Below are positions 21,764 through 32,700 of a DNA stretch of 64,000 nt, piece after piece; within the stretch, counting starts at the first letter, position 1, and each line of letters starts with the position of its first letter. This DNA is from a virus. Taxonomy: Duplodnaviria; Caudoviricetes. The stretch covers positions 128,001 to 192,000 of IMG/VR virus record IMGVR_UViG_3300031669_005479. The stretch is one strand, 5' to 3'. The position numbers and the translations under genes are program-made. The notes beneath the pieces are model-generated. The model was not told where the DNA came from, made no database searches, and worked only from the letters and a program-made list of their open reading frames with translations.

Positions 21764-22240
21764 ATGCCATTAATTTTAGATGCATGTTGTGGTGGTCGTC
21801 AATTTTGGTTTGATAAAGAAAATCCAGATGTATTATTTGCAGATAATCGTGTAATGCAACCTAAAATGGTTGGAAGTGGAAAAGATGGTCGTATTCGAAA
21901 ATGTTTGCCAGATAGAGTTATGGATTTTCGAAATATGGACGTAGCAGATCAAACTTTTAAACTTGTTGTATTTGATCCACCACACCTATTTTTAGGTGAA
22001 AATAGTTATATGGCTCAAAGTTATGGCAGTTTAGATAGACAAACATGAAAAGAAGATATCACTAAGGGATTTTCAGAATGTTTTAGAGTAATTAAAGATG
22101 ATGGCATTTTAATATTTAAATGGAACGAATCTGATATTTTATTAAAAGAAATATTAAAATTAACTACATATAAGCCATTATTTGGTCATCCTTCAGGAAA
22201 AGCGCAAAAAACGCATTGAGTATGTTTTATGAAACATTAG
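21764..22240 (+). pseudogene. SAM-dependent DNA amino-methyltransferase interrupted by two in-frame TGA codons (pseudogene or recoded)
   Basis: ILDACCG and VVFDPPH motifs. The frame continues through TGA 22046-48 (T*KEDITKGFSECFRVIKDDGILIFKWNE) and TGA 22217-19 (KTH*VCFMKH) to TAG at 22238-40. Confidence 0.75.
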
Positions 22241-22257
22241 TTTAAATATGTCTGATT

Positions 22258-22536
22258 ATGATATGGATAGTAAAAATAGAAAATAAAATAAATCAAAGAA
22301 TTAAAGTGGTTTTTGACCCAATGTCTGAACAATTAACATTTACGGGTCAATTTAAACCACATAATGAAATGTGGACAGATTTTAGTGAAGAAACACATTC
22401 AATAAATATTGATTTAACAACAATCAGTAATTTATTATTTGATGTGCAGCAAAAAATGGAAGAAAGATTATCCACATACAAAAATGTTGAAGAAGTGTTT
22501 AGTAAAATAAAAATTGTTGAGATTAATGGGAAATAA
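22258..22536 (+). CDS. Hypothetical protein
   Basis: Intact ORF. Confidence 0.5.
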   Translation: MIWIVKIENKINQRIKVVFDPMSEQLTFTGQFKPHNEMWTDFSEETHSINIDLTTISNLLFDVQQKMEERLSTYKNVEEVFSKIKIVEINGK

Positions 22537-22565
22537 ATAGATTGGAGATAACATATCTCCAATTT

Positions 22566-24068
22566 TTAATACTTCCATCGAAAATTATTTACAATTTTTT
22601 CGTTTTTACACCATCTTGATATTGTTGATTGATTTACATTTTCGTGTATACTTGCAATTTGTGTTGAATCGTATTCTATTATATTATTTGTTATAGTGTT
22701 AATCTTATATACTTTTTTACATAACACAGTTTTTTGTTTATCCGATAATCCAAGCAGTTTTTTTGTTTTACTTATTTTTTTCTTAGTGTCATCATCACGA
22801 TTTTTTCCAAGCCAATATTTTGGTGAGTTTGCGGATAAATATTCCCTTTCTTCTTCGGTTTTTATTTTACCATATTTTTTAGCTTCATCCGTACCCGATT
22901 TAGCAATTCTTCTGTCAATCCAAACATTAGTTTGTTTTATTCCAATATGTGACCTAGACATTCTCTCAAGTGTTTCTGTATTGGGAATCGCATTTCTACC
23001 TCCCAATTCAATATTATAGCCGAATTCTTTTTGATTTGATTTATATTGTTGGATGTAATTAATTTCTTTTTCATTTAATTCATTTATATCTTTGGCAGTA
23101 TCAATAACCTCAAATTTAAAATTATAAAATTCATATTTTTTAAATGAATTATATAGATGTTGATTAGAATTGATATTATTATATAATAAAGATTTTTTGT
23201 ATTCACCAATTCTTTTACTCAATTCTCTTGTTGTTTGGCCAATATAAACCTTGTTGTTTGTTAGATTAGTAATCTTATAAATAAAACCAAATATGACATG
23301 TTGTGTTGAATCAAGAAATAATTGATATTTATATTTCCCACAGTCCCAAATTCTAACGTATCCAAGTTCTTTAGCCAATTCAGATTCAGTCTTATTTTCA
23401 TTAAAAATATTTGGAAATTTTAATTTAATTTGAGATTTACCTAAGTTAAATTTATGTAATAATTTACCGTTTTTATAGTAGAGATAGTCTTGTGGTAGTG
23501 TTTTTGTTAATTTAAAGCCATTTTTTGAATATATATTATCTTTACTTAACGTCCATCTTTTATTTGCAAATGTGGTAATTTTAGTTGGCTTATATTGAAC
23601 AATAAATTTATTTAACATCTTCGGGAAGATGCCAATAACAACATAATTATTGTCAGTTGCAAACCTAGATAATTCATACTCATTATCTATTTTCCCCCCA
23701 TTAAAAGTTCTTTTATCATCAAAAGTTAATACTGCAATTAATTTATTTTCATAATATGCACCATAACATATATTTGACCTATCAGTTCCTTGTATATGAT
23801 TCAGATTTAAAAATTTATTTTTATTTATATTATCTATTTCAGATATAATACATTTTCTGGCAAAGATTTTTTCGGAAATTTCATTATTATGATATTTAAT
23901 CGATTTTTTTATAATTTTCTTTTTTGATAATTCTGCTGAATAATAAACATATGTTTTTTTATTGTTCTCTTGTAAAATTTTAACTGATTTTCTATTGGAG
24001 AGAATGTTAATATCTTTTTCTTCATGAAGAAAAAGAAAAATTGAATCAAAAGTTTCTATCTTTTTCAT
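22566..24068 (-). CDS. Chimeric homing endonuclease: Hef-type GNAT/Mom-like domain + GIY-YIG + NUMOD3-like repeats
   Basis: NHIQG...YELSRF...RIWDCG followed by GFIYKITNLTNNKVYIGQT and ETLERMSRSHIG/KKISKTKK motifs; directly downstream of the capsid gene. Confidence 0.75.
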   Translation of the reverse strand: MKKIETFDSIFLFLHEEKDINILSNRKSVKILQENNKKTYVYYSAELSKKKIIKKSIKYHNNEISEKIFARKCIISEIDNINKNKFLNLNHIQGTDRSNICYGAYYENKLIAVLTFDDKRTFNGGKIDNEYELSRFATDNNYVVIGIFPKMLNKFIVQYKPTKITTFANKRWTLSKDNIYSKNGFKLTKTLPQDYLYYKNGKLLHKFNLGKSQIKLKFPNIFNENKTESELAKELGYVRIWDCGKYKYQLFLDSTQHVIFGFIYKITNLTNNKVYIGQTTRELSKRIGEYKKSLLYNNINSNQHLYNSFKKYEFYNFKFEVIDTAKDINELNEKEINYIQQYKSNQKEFGYNIELGGRNAIPNTETLERMSRSHIGIKQTNVWIDRRIAKSGTDEAKKYGKIKTEEEREYLSANSPKYWLGKNRDDDTKKKISKTKKLLGLSDKQKTVLCKKVYKINTITNNIIEYDSTQIASIHENVNQSTISRWCKNEKIVNNFRWKY

Positions 24069-24106
24069 ATGGACATTATTTACTTATGTATAAATACGCA
24101 CAAACA

Positions 24107-24139
24107 TAAAAAAAGGTTGCAATATTTGCAACCCTTTTT
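24107..24139 (-). terminator. Intrinsic terminator after the major capsid gene
   Basis: GGTTGCAA-tat-TTGCAACC stem with A/T tails. Confidence 0.75.
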
Positions 24140-24163
24140 AAAATTATATTTCGATATTATCGA

Positions 24164-25867
24164 TTATTGTAAATCACCGATTCCGAAAGTCTGAAGACCG
24201 TCGCAATATACTCTACCGTAATAACGGTTAAGAACCATTTTCTTTGCATACCTTGTCATAATACCACGAATTGGTGTAAAGTCAAAAGGATTGTACATGA
24301 CTGGTGTTAATTGCATTGGAACGTATGGAGCGTATATGTATCCGGTCTCTAAGATGCTAGTTCCCTTATGTCCAATAAGCATTGTGTTTGCTGGAGCATA
24401 TGGGTCACGATAGATTATGTAACGTCCACCAAGAGTACCGATTTTCTCAATACCCATGTTATACTTGTCCTGTTCTGGAGCAGCATTACTTACGTGGAAA
24501 TATTCTAAGTCATCAAATACAGCAGAAATTTCAGGAGAAACTACTACCCATGATGCACCACCACGAAGGGTTGATTTATGGATTTGTGCAGAAATTTGGT
24601 TGATCTTTGTTAACAAAGTCTGATTCCAGTCTTTCTGTACACCATAGTAAGTGTTAGTACCCTTACGTAGTCCATTATAGTCCCATCTTGCGGTCCAAGC
24701 TGCACCACGTCTAAGGTCACGAAGAATTTCACGGTCAATTTCTGCAGCCATTTGCTCAGAAAGTAGGGCAGTTAATTCAGCCTCAGCATCAATGTTATGG
24801 AAAGCACTTACGTCTTGTGCAAGTTCAGGTGTCCACATAGCACGCATTTTACGTGTTTCTACAGATACGGTAACTTGGTCAAGCACGAATGTAACTTCAG
24901 CCATTCTTGAATCTTCTTCAATATCACTGTAACTTCTGTAAGTTGCTGTGAAAGTAGTAGCACCAGTTGCACCACTAAGTGCCTGATAACCGTTAGCACC
25001 TGGATACTGTACGTCAACAACAAGAGTAATTTTACCTGTTGTATCTACAATACCTTGTCCATATTTCTGAACCTTTACGTTGAAAGGAATTACACTACCT
25101 GCGGTAATGGTTTCACTTGCGTATGGTGCAGGAGCAGTCAAGTCTTTATTTGCGAAAATTTGTAAACCAGCAAGGAATGACTCGGTATCAATTTGAACAC
25201 CTTGTGGGCCAATCAATTTACCATCATTAGTTGTGCTGAAACCAGTAAGACTAATTGTTGCAAATTTGTCAGTTCCTAAAGTAAATCCTGCAGCAGTTAA
25301 ACCAGATACAGAGTGTGCTGTGATAGAACCTTTTGAACGGTCAAATAATGAAGTACCTTCAGTATTGTATTCAGATGCATAAAATGCGTCATACAATGAA
25401 CGTGTTTCGAATTGAGTTTTTACGTTTGCAGCCTTAGTTGCAGCGTTTCCATATGCGCCATCTGGTGATGTTTGCATACCTGTCGAACCATCGGTCCCAA
25501 CATTAGGATTAGCTGTATTATCAACAACTCTAACGCTAGTTTTTGGGTTGATAAAATACAATTTACCAATTGGTAAGTTAAGTGCCTGTACTGACACGAT
25601 ATCATTTGCTAAAAGTTTAGCAAATACTCTACGGATTACAGGGAATGCAACTGTTTCAAACTGTCCACTTGAAGAAGAATCTGACGACTCATTAATCATG
25701 TGTGATAGTTGGTTTTCAAATAACTGCGCACAGTTTTCTCTTACATTACCTTCCAAACCTTCTAGCAGACCAATTTTTTCCCATCTGTTAGTGGTTATTT
25801 CTCTTTGCTCACGAAGTTGTTTTAATCCAATATTACCAACTTCAGCAGATTCCATTAAAAATCCCAT
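24164..25867 (-). CDS. gp23: Major capsid protein (T4 gp23-like)
   Basis: RRVFAKLLANDIVSVQAL, VETRKMRAMWTPELAQD, DAEAELTALLSEQMAAEIDREIL, YAPYVP, GIMTRYA. Confidence 0.95.
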   Translation of the reverse strand: MGFLMESAEVGNIGLKQLREQREITTNRWEKIGLLEGLEGNVRENCAQLFENQLSHMINESSDSSSSGQFETVAFPVIRRVFAKLLANDIVSVQALNLPIGKLYFINPKTSVRVVDNTANPNVGTDGSTGMQTSPDGAYGNAATKAANVKTQFETRSLYDAFYASEYNTEGTSLFDRSKGSITAHSVSGLTAAGFTLGTDKFATISLTGFSTTNDGKLIGPQGVQIDTESFLAGLQIFANKDLTAPAPYASETITAGSVIPFNVKVQKYGQGIVDTTGKITLVVDVQYPGANGYQALSGATGATTFTATYRSYSDIEEDSRMAEVTFVLDQVTVSVETRKMRAMWTPELAQDVSAFHNIDAEAELTALLSEQMAAEIDREILRDLRRGAAWTARWDYNGLRKGTNTYYGVQKDWNQTLLTKINQISAQIHKSTLRGGASWVVVSPEISAVFDDLEYFHVSNAAPEQDKYNMGIEKIGTLGGRYIIYRDPYAPANTMLIGHKGTSILETGYIYAPYVPMQLTPVMYNPFDFTPIRGIMTRYAKKMVLNRYYGRVYCDGLQTFGIGDLQ

Positions 25868-25892
25868 TTTATTGTTTTTATTATTTATTTAA

Positions 25893-27515
25893 TTATTTTT
25901 TTTTGCCCCTATTTTCTACGTAATTAATGACATTTTTCATTCTATTAAGATGTTCATTATTTGCGTATGCCGTTTTTTCAACAACCTCATCAAGTTTTTG
26001 CTTTGAGGATGGTTGTATTGAGGCAGATACTTTATTCTCAATATTTTCAGTTAAAGTTTTTTTACTACCTTTCATTTCTGTAAGGATTGTTTTATACTTT
26101 TTCTGTGATTCAGAAATGCTATCAACTCGTTTAAATTCGTTGATAATCCTAATCTTATCCTCTTGTGTTAAAGCAAGACTTTCATTCACCAATAGGTTAT
26201 TAACATGTGCCAAATTGGTGTTGAATGTGGCCATTTCTTTCAATTGATTGCGATACTTTTCAAGTGCAGATTTGTATTGTTCAATCAATGTGCTTGCTGA
26301 TTGTTTGTATTTCTTGGTTTCATTTAATTTTTTTGTTAATTTTTTGTTCTCTTCAATTAAACTACCAATCTTCATGTTTGATTCTCTCATTTCTGGACGT
26401 TTCTTATTTACAGCACCAGAAGGTTTATATTCATTACCTGGTATTTGTGCCGTTTGGTGTCTCATATTTGAAAGATTACTAGCAATAGTTTCGTCAACTG
26501 GTTGCTCACTTCCTAATACAGAATTAACGTCATCAATAGAAATTTCGTCATCATCTTCTTCATCAATCAGCGGATTTCCCTGATGTAACTTAGCAACTTG
26601 GTCATGTGAACCAAATCTCTGTTCATCTCCCTTAGCATGCATTTCGTCCATGCCAATTTCATCAATTAATTTATTGTCAATATGTGGTGAACTGTCTGCG
26701 TGTTGTCTCGAAATTTGACTTTTGGTTCCATATCTTTCACCACCAGCAGCATGCATTTCTTCCATGTTCATGCCATTAAGTATTTCATCTAGTTGATTTT
26801 TTAAACCAACAAGTTGATTAAATGCAATTCCTTTATTATCTTTTTCCATATATGATGGTGAATCTTGGTTAATATCTCTAAGTTCTTCCATTTCTGAAAT
26901 TTCTTTTTCAATGTCTTCCATGCCAATTACGTCATCATCGCCATCATCGTCGATAAAAATTTCATCATCGTCCTCAACACCTTCTAATGCCATACCCGCA
27001 TCATGTACGTTAAGTTCTGTTATGTCAAATTCTTCGGTCACCTTTTGAAGAGGTTTTTTAGTTTTTTCGTTAAATGGTTTGCCTTCACCTGCAGTTTCTT
27101 CTACCTTTTTATTACCCTTTGCTTTTTCTGTAAATGGGTCTGGCTTACCAACAGTATCAGTGATTTTTACATCTTCTTCTACTTTTGCAACTTTTTGCGC
27201 TGCTTTTTCAAAGGGTTTGCCCTTTCCTGCAGTTTCTTCAACCTTCTTGGTCTCTTTTTCTTGATTTTTCATAACAGATTCTTCATTATTTAGGTTTGAT
27301 TCATCTTCCTCAGATTCTTCAACATTGTCCAATTTTTTATAGGACTCTTTTGTTTTTTTATTTTTATTTTGTAGTTCTTCCTTTAACAGACTATTAAATT
27401 TCTCTGGAAATTCGTCTGCCAATTTTTTTTTGGCATTTGCATCCGCAGCCTCTTTGATTGCGTTATAATCTGTTAATGCATCTTTTAGTATTGATGGTTT
27501 TTTATCGTCTTTCAT
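25893..27515 (-). CDS. Prohead core/scaffolding protein (gp22-like)
   Basis: Acidic N-half, coiled-coil C-half, position between protease and capsid genes, many (L/I/V)xE sites. Confidence 0.7.
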   Translation of the reverse strand: MKDDKKPSILKDALTDYNAIKEAADANAKKKLADEFPEKFNSLLKEELQNKNKKTKESYKKLDNVEESEEDESNLNNEESVMKNQEKETKKVEETAGKGKPFEKAAQKVAKVEEDVKITDTVGKPDPFTEKAKGNKKVEETAGEGKPFNEKTKKPLQKVTEEFDITELNVHDAGMALEGVEDDDEIFIDDDGDDDVIGMEDIEKEISEMEELRDINQDSPSYMEKDNKGIAFNQLVGLKNQLDEILNGMNMEEMHAAGGERYGTKSQISRQHADSSPHIDNKLIDEIGMDEMHAKGDEQRFGSHDQVAKLHQGNPLIDEEDDDEISIDDVNSVLGSEQPVDETIASNLSNMRHQTAQIPGNEYKPSGAVNKKRPEMRESNMKIGSLIEENKKLTKKLNETKKYKQSASTLIEQYKSALEKYRNQLKEMATFNTNLAHVNNLLVNESLALTQEDKIRIINEFKRVDSISESQKKYKTILTEMKGSKKTLTENIENKVSASIQPSSKQKLDEVVEKTAYANNEHLNRMKNVINYVENRGKKK

Positions 27516-27636
27516 ATTATTAAATATCGTATCTAATACAATAATTTTTATATAAATACATTCTTATTATAAAAAAGTATTATTTAAACCCAAATTTATT
27601 GGTTCTTTGAAAAATTATATTTATATTGCAAAACAC

Positions 27637-28302
27637 CTATAGTATGAATTTATCTAAAGCAGTTATTAACTTATTGTTATCTTCCCTAAGATAAATACCG
27701 TTTTTATTAACATAATTCTCAGAAAAATTTGCATCATTATGCTTATCAAAGAATAAATAAGCACCAGGAGTACTAGGTGTTGCAACTAAGTCAAAACCAA
27801 TTAATTCAAAATCATTTTGAACTAGATTTTCCCCATTTACTTCCTTAAGTGTACCAACACCACGACTTGAAATACCTAACTTGATTTTGTTTTGTAGGTA
27901 TAATACAATCTTATCCCCAATCACTGAAACAATGCCATATTTAATGTAACCTGGACTGACAATTAATTTTAATTGACCATATAAAATATTTTCTTTATTA
28001 CCCTCACCCCACCACATTTTAGTAATCATATGTGAAATGTTTTGTAATGAGATAATGCTTGAATCTGGATGATCAGCTTCTGATACGGCACTATTTGTTT
28101 TTACCAATTCCTCGTATACTTGAACCTGTGGCACTAGAACATCTTTTGGATATATCCGACCATTTTTGTTTTTAACTCCCCATTTTTGCAAAATACAGTT
28201 AACTAAAACTGGTTCATTTGGTTTGAGTTCAAAGTTTTCATTGAGAATATCTCTATTAGTTTCTGAACTAATAAATCCAGCATCATGTTCAATTAAAATC
28301 AT
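27637..28302 (-). CDS. gp21: Prohead protease (T4 gp21-like)
   Basis: NKNGRIYP, EADHP, LGISSRGVG, FDLVATPSTPGA; likely start MILIEHDAG at 28302 with GGAGAG upstream (alternative start 28350). Confidence 0.9.
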   Translation of the reverse strand: MILIEHDAGFISSETNRDILNENFELKPNEPVLVNCILQKWGVKNKNGRIYPKDVLVPQVQVYEELVKTNSAVSEADHPDSSIISLQNISHMITKMWWGEGNKENILYGQLKLIVSPGYIKYGIVSVIGDKIVLYLQNKIKLGISSRGVGTLKEVNGENLVQNDFELIGFDLVATPSTPGAYLFFDKHNDANFSENYVNKNGIYLREDNNKLITALDKFIL

Positions 28303-28354
28303 TTTCTCTCCAAATCTATTTTCAGAATAGAAATCAATATATTTTGTCATAAGT

Positions 28355-29041
28355 TTATTCTTTATATTTCCATTTATATCCACCAGCAGTTTTTTTTCTA
28401 TTATTACAAACATCTGTGATGGTACATCTATTAATTTTTAATTCTTTTGAGGCAACAACAATTCCTTTCCAAGTACTTATATAATTATCATATAAGTCAT
28501 ATTGAATTATACATCTATAATGTTTAGAACTTTCAGGTCTTTTTTTACCATACATTGGGTTTCCAATACCAGTGCGATGAATTGATAAACTAATTCTACC
28601 TTCTAAACTAATTTTTCGCTGTTTAGCACTCGTTTTCATTTTTTCCTTACTTTCATTGGTGAAGGTTCTATTTTTTAATGCATCTGATATTTTTTTATTT
28701 ATAATGGGTCCTTGATTACCACCACGACCACCATTTGCAATATTGGTTAAATTAAATCCCCACATTTTCATTGTCTCAATCCAATAAGTTTCCCAAAAAC
28801 CCCAATCATTATTATTGACTTCATCAAGTACTTCAATAACTGGTTTTAAATTTTTAGATAATAACGATTTAATCCAATTGTTTTTATGTGTTTTAGCATA
28901 TTTACATTTTCTTATATGTTCACCTAATCTTAATTTTAAATTATCTGATTTACCAACATATCTAATTTCATTAGTAATTGGGTCAGATAGTGTATATATA
29001 AATGTTGTTTCAGTATCACCTGCTTGTAATATTCTACTCAT
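28355..29041 (-). CDS. GIY-YIG homing endonuclease with NUMOD3/NUMOD1-like tail
   Basis: FIYTLSDPITNEIRYVGKS...RL..H, NIANGG.GG, C-terminal ASKELKINRCTITDVCNNRKKTAGGYKWKY. Confidence 0.8.
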   Translation of the reverse strand: MSRILQAGDTETTFIYTLSDPITNEIRYVGKSDNLKLRLGEHIRKCKYAKTHKNNWIKSLLSKNLKPVIEVLDEVNNNDWGFWETYWIETMKMWGFNLTNIANGGRGGNQGPIINKKISDALKNRTFTNESKEKMKTSAKQRKISLEGRISLSIHRTGIGNPMYGKKRPESSKHYRCIIQYDLYDNYISTWKGIVVASKELKINRCTITDVCNNRKKTAGGYKWKYKE

Positions 29042-29244
29042 TTTAAATATATTTTATATAAATAGTTTTAATTACTATTTTGTCTCAGTAATTGGTTTTG
29101 GTTTTTCGTTGTTGATAAATTTTTCATTAACGATATAGATATTTTCTATAAATGCCTTTGTTTCCAACTTATTGATTATGTTCACAAGTGTTGTGTTAAC
29201 TTCTCTGAGTTTATCGAGTTTTTTTGACATAATTATTTTAATAA

Positions 29245-29682
29245 TTATTCGATCTTTGTTATTTTTTCAACCTTTGTTTGGATTTCATCAAGTTTCTTTA
29301 ATATTTTTTCTGATTCGACTCTTCCAATTTTTTCACTTAAATCTAATAGTGTTGAGACACCATTTAATACATGTAGAGTTTCCTTTTCTGATTCAATCCA
29401 CTGACGGCTTCTTTCTTCTTCACGCTTTAGCATTTCCACTCTTATTTTTTCAAGTGTGTCTGAATGTTCTTTTCTAATAATATCAATCTTTGCTGAGTGT
29501 TGCTGCTGCATTGTCTTTATGCCATTATTTTTCCTTTTCAATTCTTTCATCATGATTGTTGTAATAATAATAATTACCAGAATAAGTGAGAGAAACAAAT
29601 AGAAATATTCATTCTGCCACACAGGGTGCAAACTGTGTTGGATGGCTTGTTGTAGCTGTAATAATATTAGTTGAAATTGCAT
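29245..29682 (-). CDS. Single-TM coiled-coil protein (holin-like candidate)
   Basis: One hydrophobic helix then a coiled coil; start reassigned to MQFQL at 29682, just downstream of a late-type motif. Confidence 0.45.
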   Translation of the reverse strand: MQFQLILLQLQQAIQHSLHPVWQNEYFYLFLSLILVIIIITTIMMKELKRKNNGIKTMQQQHSAKIDIIRKEHSDTLEKIRVEMLKREEERSRQWIESEKETLHVLNGVSTLLDLSEKIGRVESEKILKKLDEIQTKVEKITKIE

Positions 29683-29780
29683 AATTTTTGGTTTACTAAT
29701 AAATAGTATTAATATGTCGATTATCATATTAATAATTTATATTTTTTGTTATTTAGTATTTATGTGAAAATCAAATAAAA

Positions 29781-32700
29781 ATGTCAAGTCAACCTACGAA
29801 TAAATATAGTTCAACTGTCAGAAATGGTAATGTAATACTTGTTGAACCAAATTCAATAAATATTAATACAACAAATATTGGTAATATTCCATTTGTAAAT
29901 GGTGTTCCAGAATATCAGGATATGTATATATTCGCAGAATTAAGTGCTGAAAGTAGGGGCAGAACGCTTATTATTAATAATAATGGAAGCAGTAGCAATG
30001 GAACTAAGGTTAATTTAATGGGTGTTAATCAAGACAGTAGTGTTGGAAATCCAGATTTGAATAAATTTACTACAAACTATTACGATGGTAGTATGGGCAC
30101 TCGTGAAGTGCTTGAAAGTTTTGGTATTAGTAGTATTAAGGTCACAGTAAATTCATCTTATGTGCCACAAGTAAATATTCAATTTATTGACATTAGAGGT
30201 TTGTCATTTTTTAATCAAGAAAAATCACCATATAGAATATTATTTGATTTTCCACCCCCAATATTTACACTAACAATTAAAGGTTATTATGGAAGGGCGT
30301 TAAGATATCAATTACATTTGGTGAAATATACATCTGAATTTCAAGCCCATAGCGGTAATTTTGTGATTGATGCTGATTTTGTTGCAATGACATTTGCACC
30401 ATTATCAGACATACTATTTAGATATATTGTAAATGTGCCGTTAATTATTAGTCATGCTGCAAGTCCAAATCCTGCTTCTCCACCTGTAAACACAAATGAT
30501 TTAATCATTAAATTACGTGGATTGTATTCAAGAATACGTGATAAAATAAATACTCAAACAGAAACAAAATCATATGATGAAATACTCAACCAGCAAAAGA
30601 CTATTGCAAATGTATTGGATATAATCAATGGCTTTGGAAATAATAGTAGGTTAACGCAAGGTGGTGCAGTTCCATATATGATGGTAAAAACTGTTGAAAC
30701 TAATGCGAATTGGATTATAAAAAATTCCCCACCAACTCAACCAGATGAATATGCAGTATTACAGAGAATAAAAACAAGTAGTGATTATGACACAATAATT
30801 AAGCAGCAAGAAACTGATGGTACGACAACAACTTTTGTAAATAGATTACTTATTGGATATGTTGCAGAAACAAACTTATCGTCGTCTGATACTGGTGATA
30901 CAAAACCAACATTTCCTTCATATACTGGAAATACATTACATTTTAGTGATTTATCTGATAATTTAAATTACTACGCTAAACTATTAATGGATAATCAGCC
31001 AACTAGTAATAGATTAACTGTTAATAGTGCTGATAAAAATATATACAACGGTAAAAATATTAGTAATGATGGTAACAGTAGAACTAGATATGTAGTAATT
31101 GATATTACTGATTATTATAATGCAATATATAAAATAAGTGATAAGTTAGAGAAACAAAGGATTGAACTTGGTAATCAGATTAACGTAAAAGTTAATGCAA
31201 TTACTATTGGGGAATTAGGTATGTTGCCAACAATTTATAATGTATTTAAAATAATATTGGATGATGTTGATGACTTCTTTTCTCAACTCAGGACAGTATC
31301 GTTGAATGCAGAAACAGAACATAATAAAAGTACAGCCAAGGCAATAATTTTAGGTGAAGATAAGAGTGTTAACCCCAAGGATAATTATGTATATTCATTT
31401 CCATTGATTGTTAGACGTTCAGATAATGGCAGCGAAGAAAGAATAGCACCTGTTGAATTAAGTAAAAGAACTGCATTTCCCGAATTAGACTTTGTTCAAA
31501 ATTTTATAGATACTTTTCAGCAACAACACGCATTAAATATTCAAAATGATTTAAGAAATCAACAAAACGCTGATGGCTCATTCAAATGGATTCCAATATC
31601 ACCACTAGATTCAACAATTGGTGGTGGAACAGCACAAAGTCCATATATTGGATTAGATACATCAGGTTCTTCCGACGATAAAATCACACAAGTATATAAA
31701 ATATTGTTGAGAAGATATTATATTCTAAGTCAGGCAATAATGCCAGATGAATTTGGTGGAATCGACGATAATGGAAAAAGAAGCGATGCATTTCGTACAT
31801 TGTATGCAAATGCCGAGGCAAGTAATTTAGCAGAAGCACTTTCCGCATCACTAAACACAGATTTTTTGAGTAAAATGAAAGATGAATCGTTACAATATAA
31901 TTCTGCAACTAAAATTAGTAAGTTCTATAATAATATTAAAGATATAACCGATATTGATGCCCAAGGAAATACAATCAAATTAACTAATTTCCCAAATAAT
32001 ACAGTAAAAGGTTTTAAGTTAAATCCAAACGATGATATTATTTCATATGTTGATAAAGGTAATATTGATTTTCATGGTGTTAATTTAAATGTTGGACTTA
32101 TTGAAATACGTGATAAAACAAGTGATCCAAGTGAATCAACAGACCCTGTTGAAAAATTCTTTTCTGATGCTCAAGGTAGTTGGTGGAAAACAATATTTAT
32201 TGGTGAACCAAATGTATATTGGTATGATTTTTCACTTCAGAATGTGTTTTATATTAGGGATGGACAAGATGAAGAAAGTAAAAAGGATTCTACTGTGGAT
32301 GGAATTGTACTTAAGTCAATATATTTGGCATCACCTAATGTTATGTCAACTGTATATTATTATCAGGACTATTATAAAGCATTGGCTAAAGGTAATAATA
32401 TATGGGAAAGTGCTGGTGCAAAAAGTAGTACAAATTTAAATAGTTCAACTGATATTACCAAAGTTTGGAGTTCATTTCTGGGTGATTTTGGTAGTATTGT
32501 GTATAGTGACATAATTGCTCCTGACAATAGTGATGCATCAAAACTTTTGAGTGCAATGTATATTCTTTCTAATTTTGGTAATACATACGGACCATTCAAT
32601 GTTGTTGGAAACGATTTAAATTATAATGTATTTAGTCAACCCGCTGCAGTTGAAGTTCCAACATTTTTTCCTGCATATATTGGTGCACTCGTTCATGCAC

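Noticed and set aside
27637-28413. ORF-track start of the prohead protease at 28413
   Set aside because: It overlaps the endonuclease 3' end and lacks a start context; 28302 (or 28350) is more plausible.
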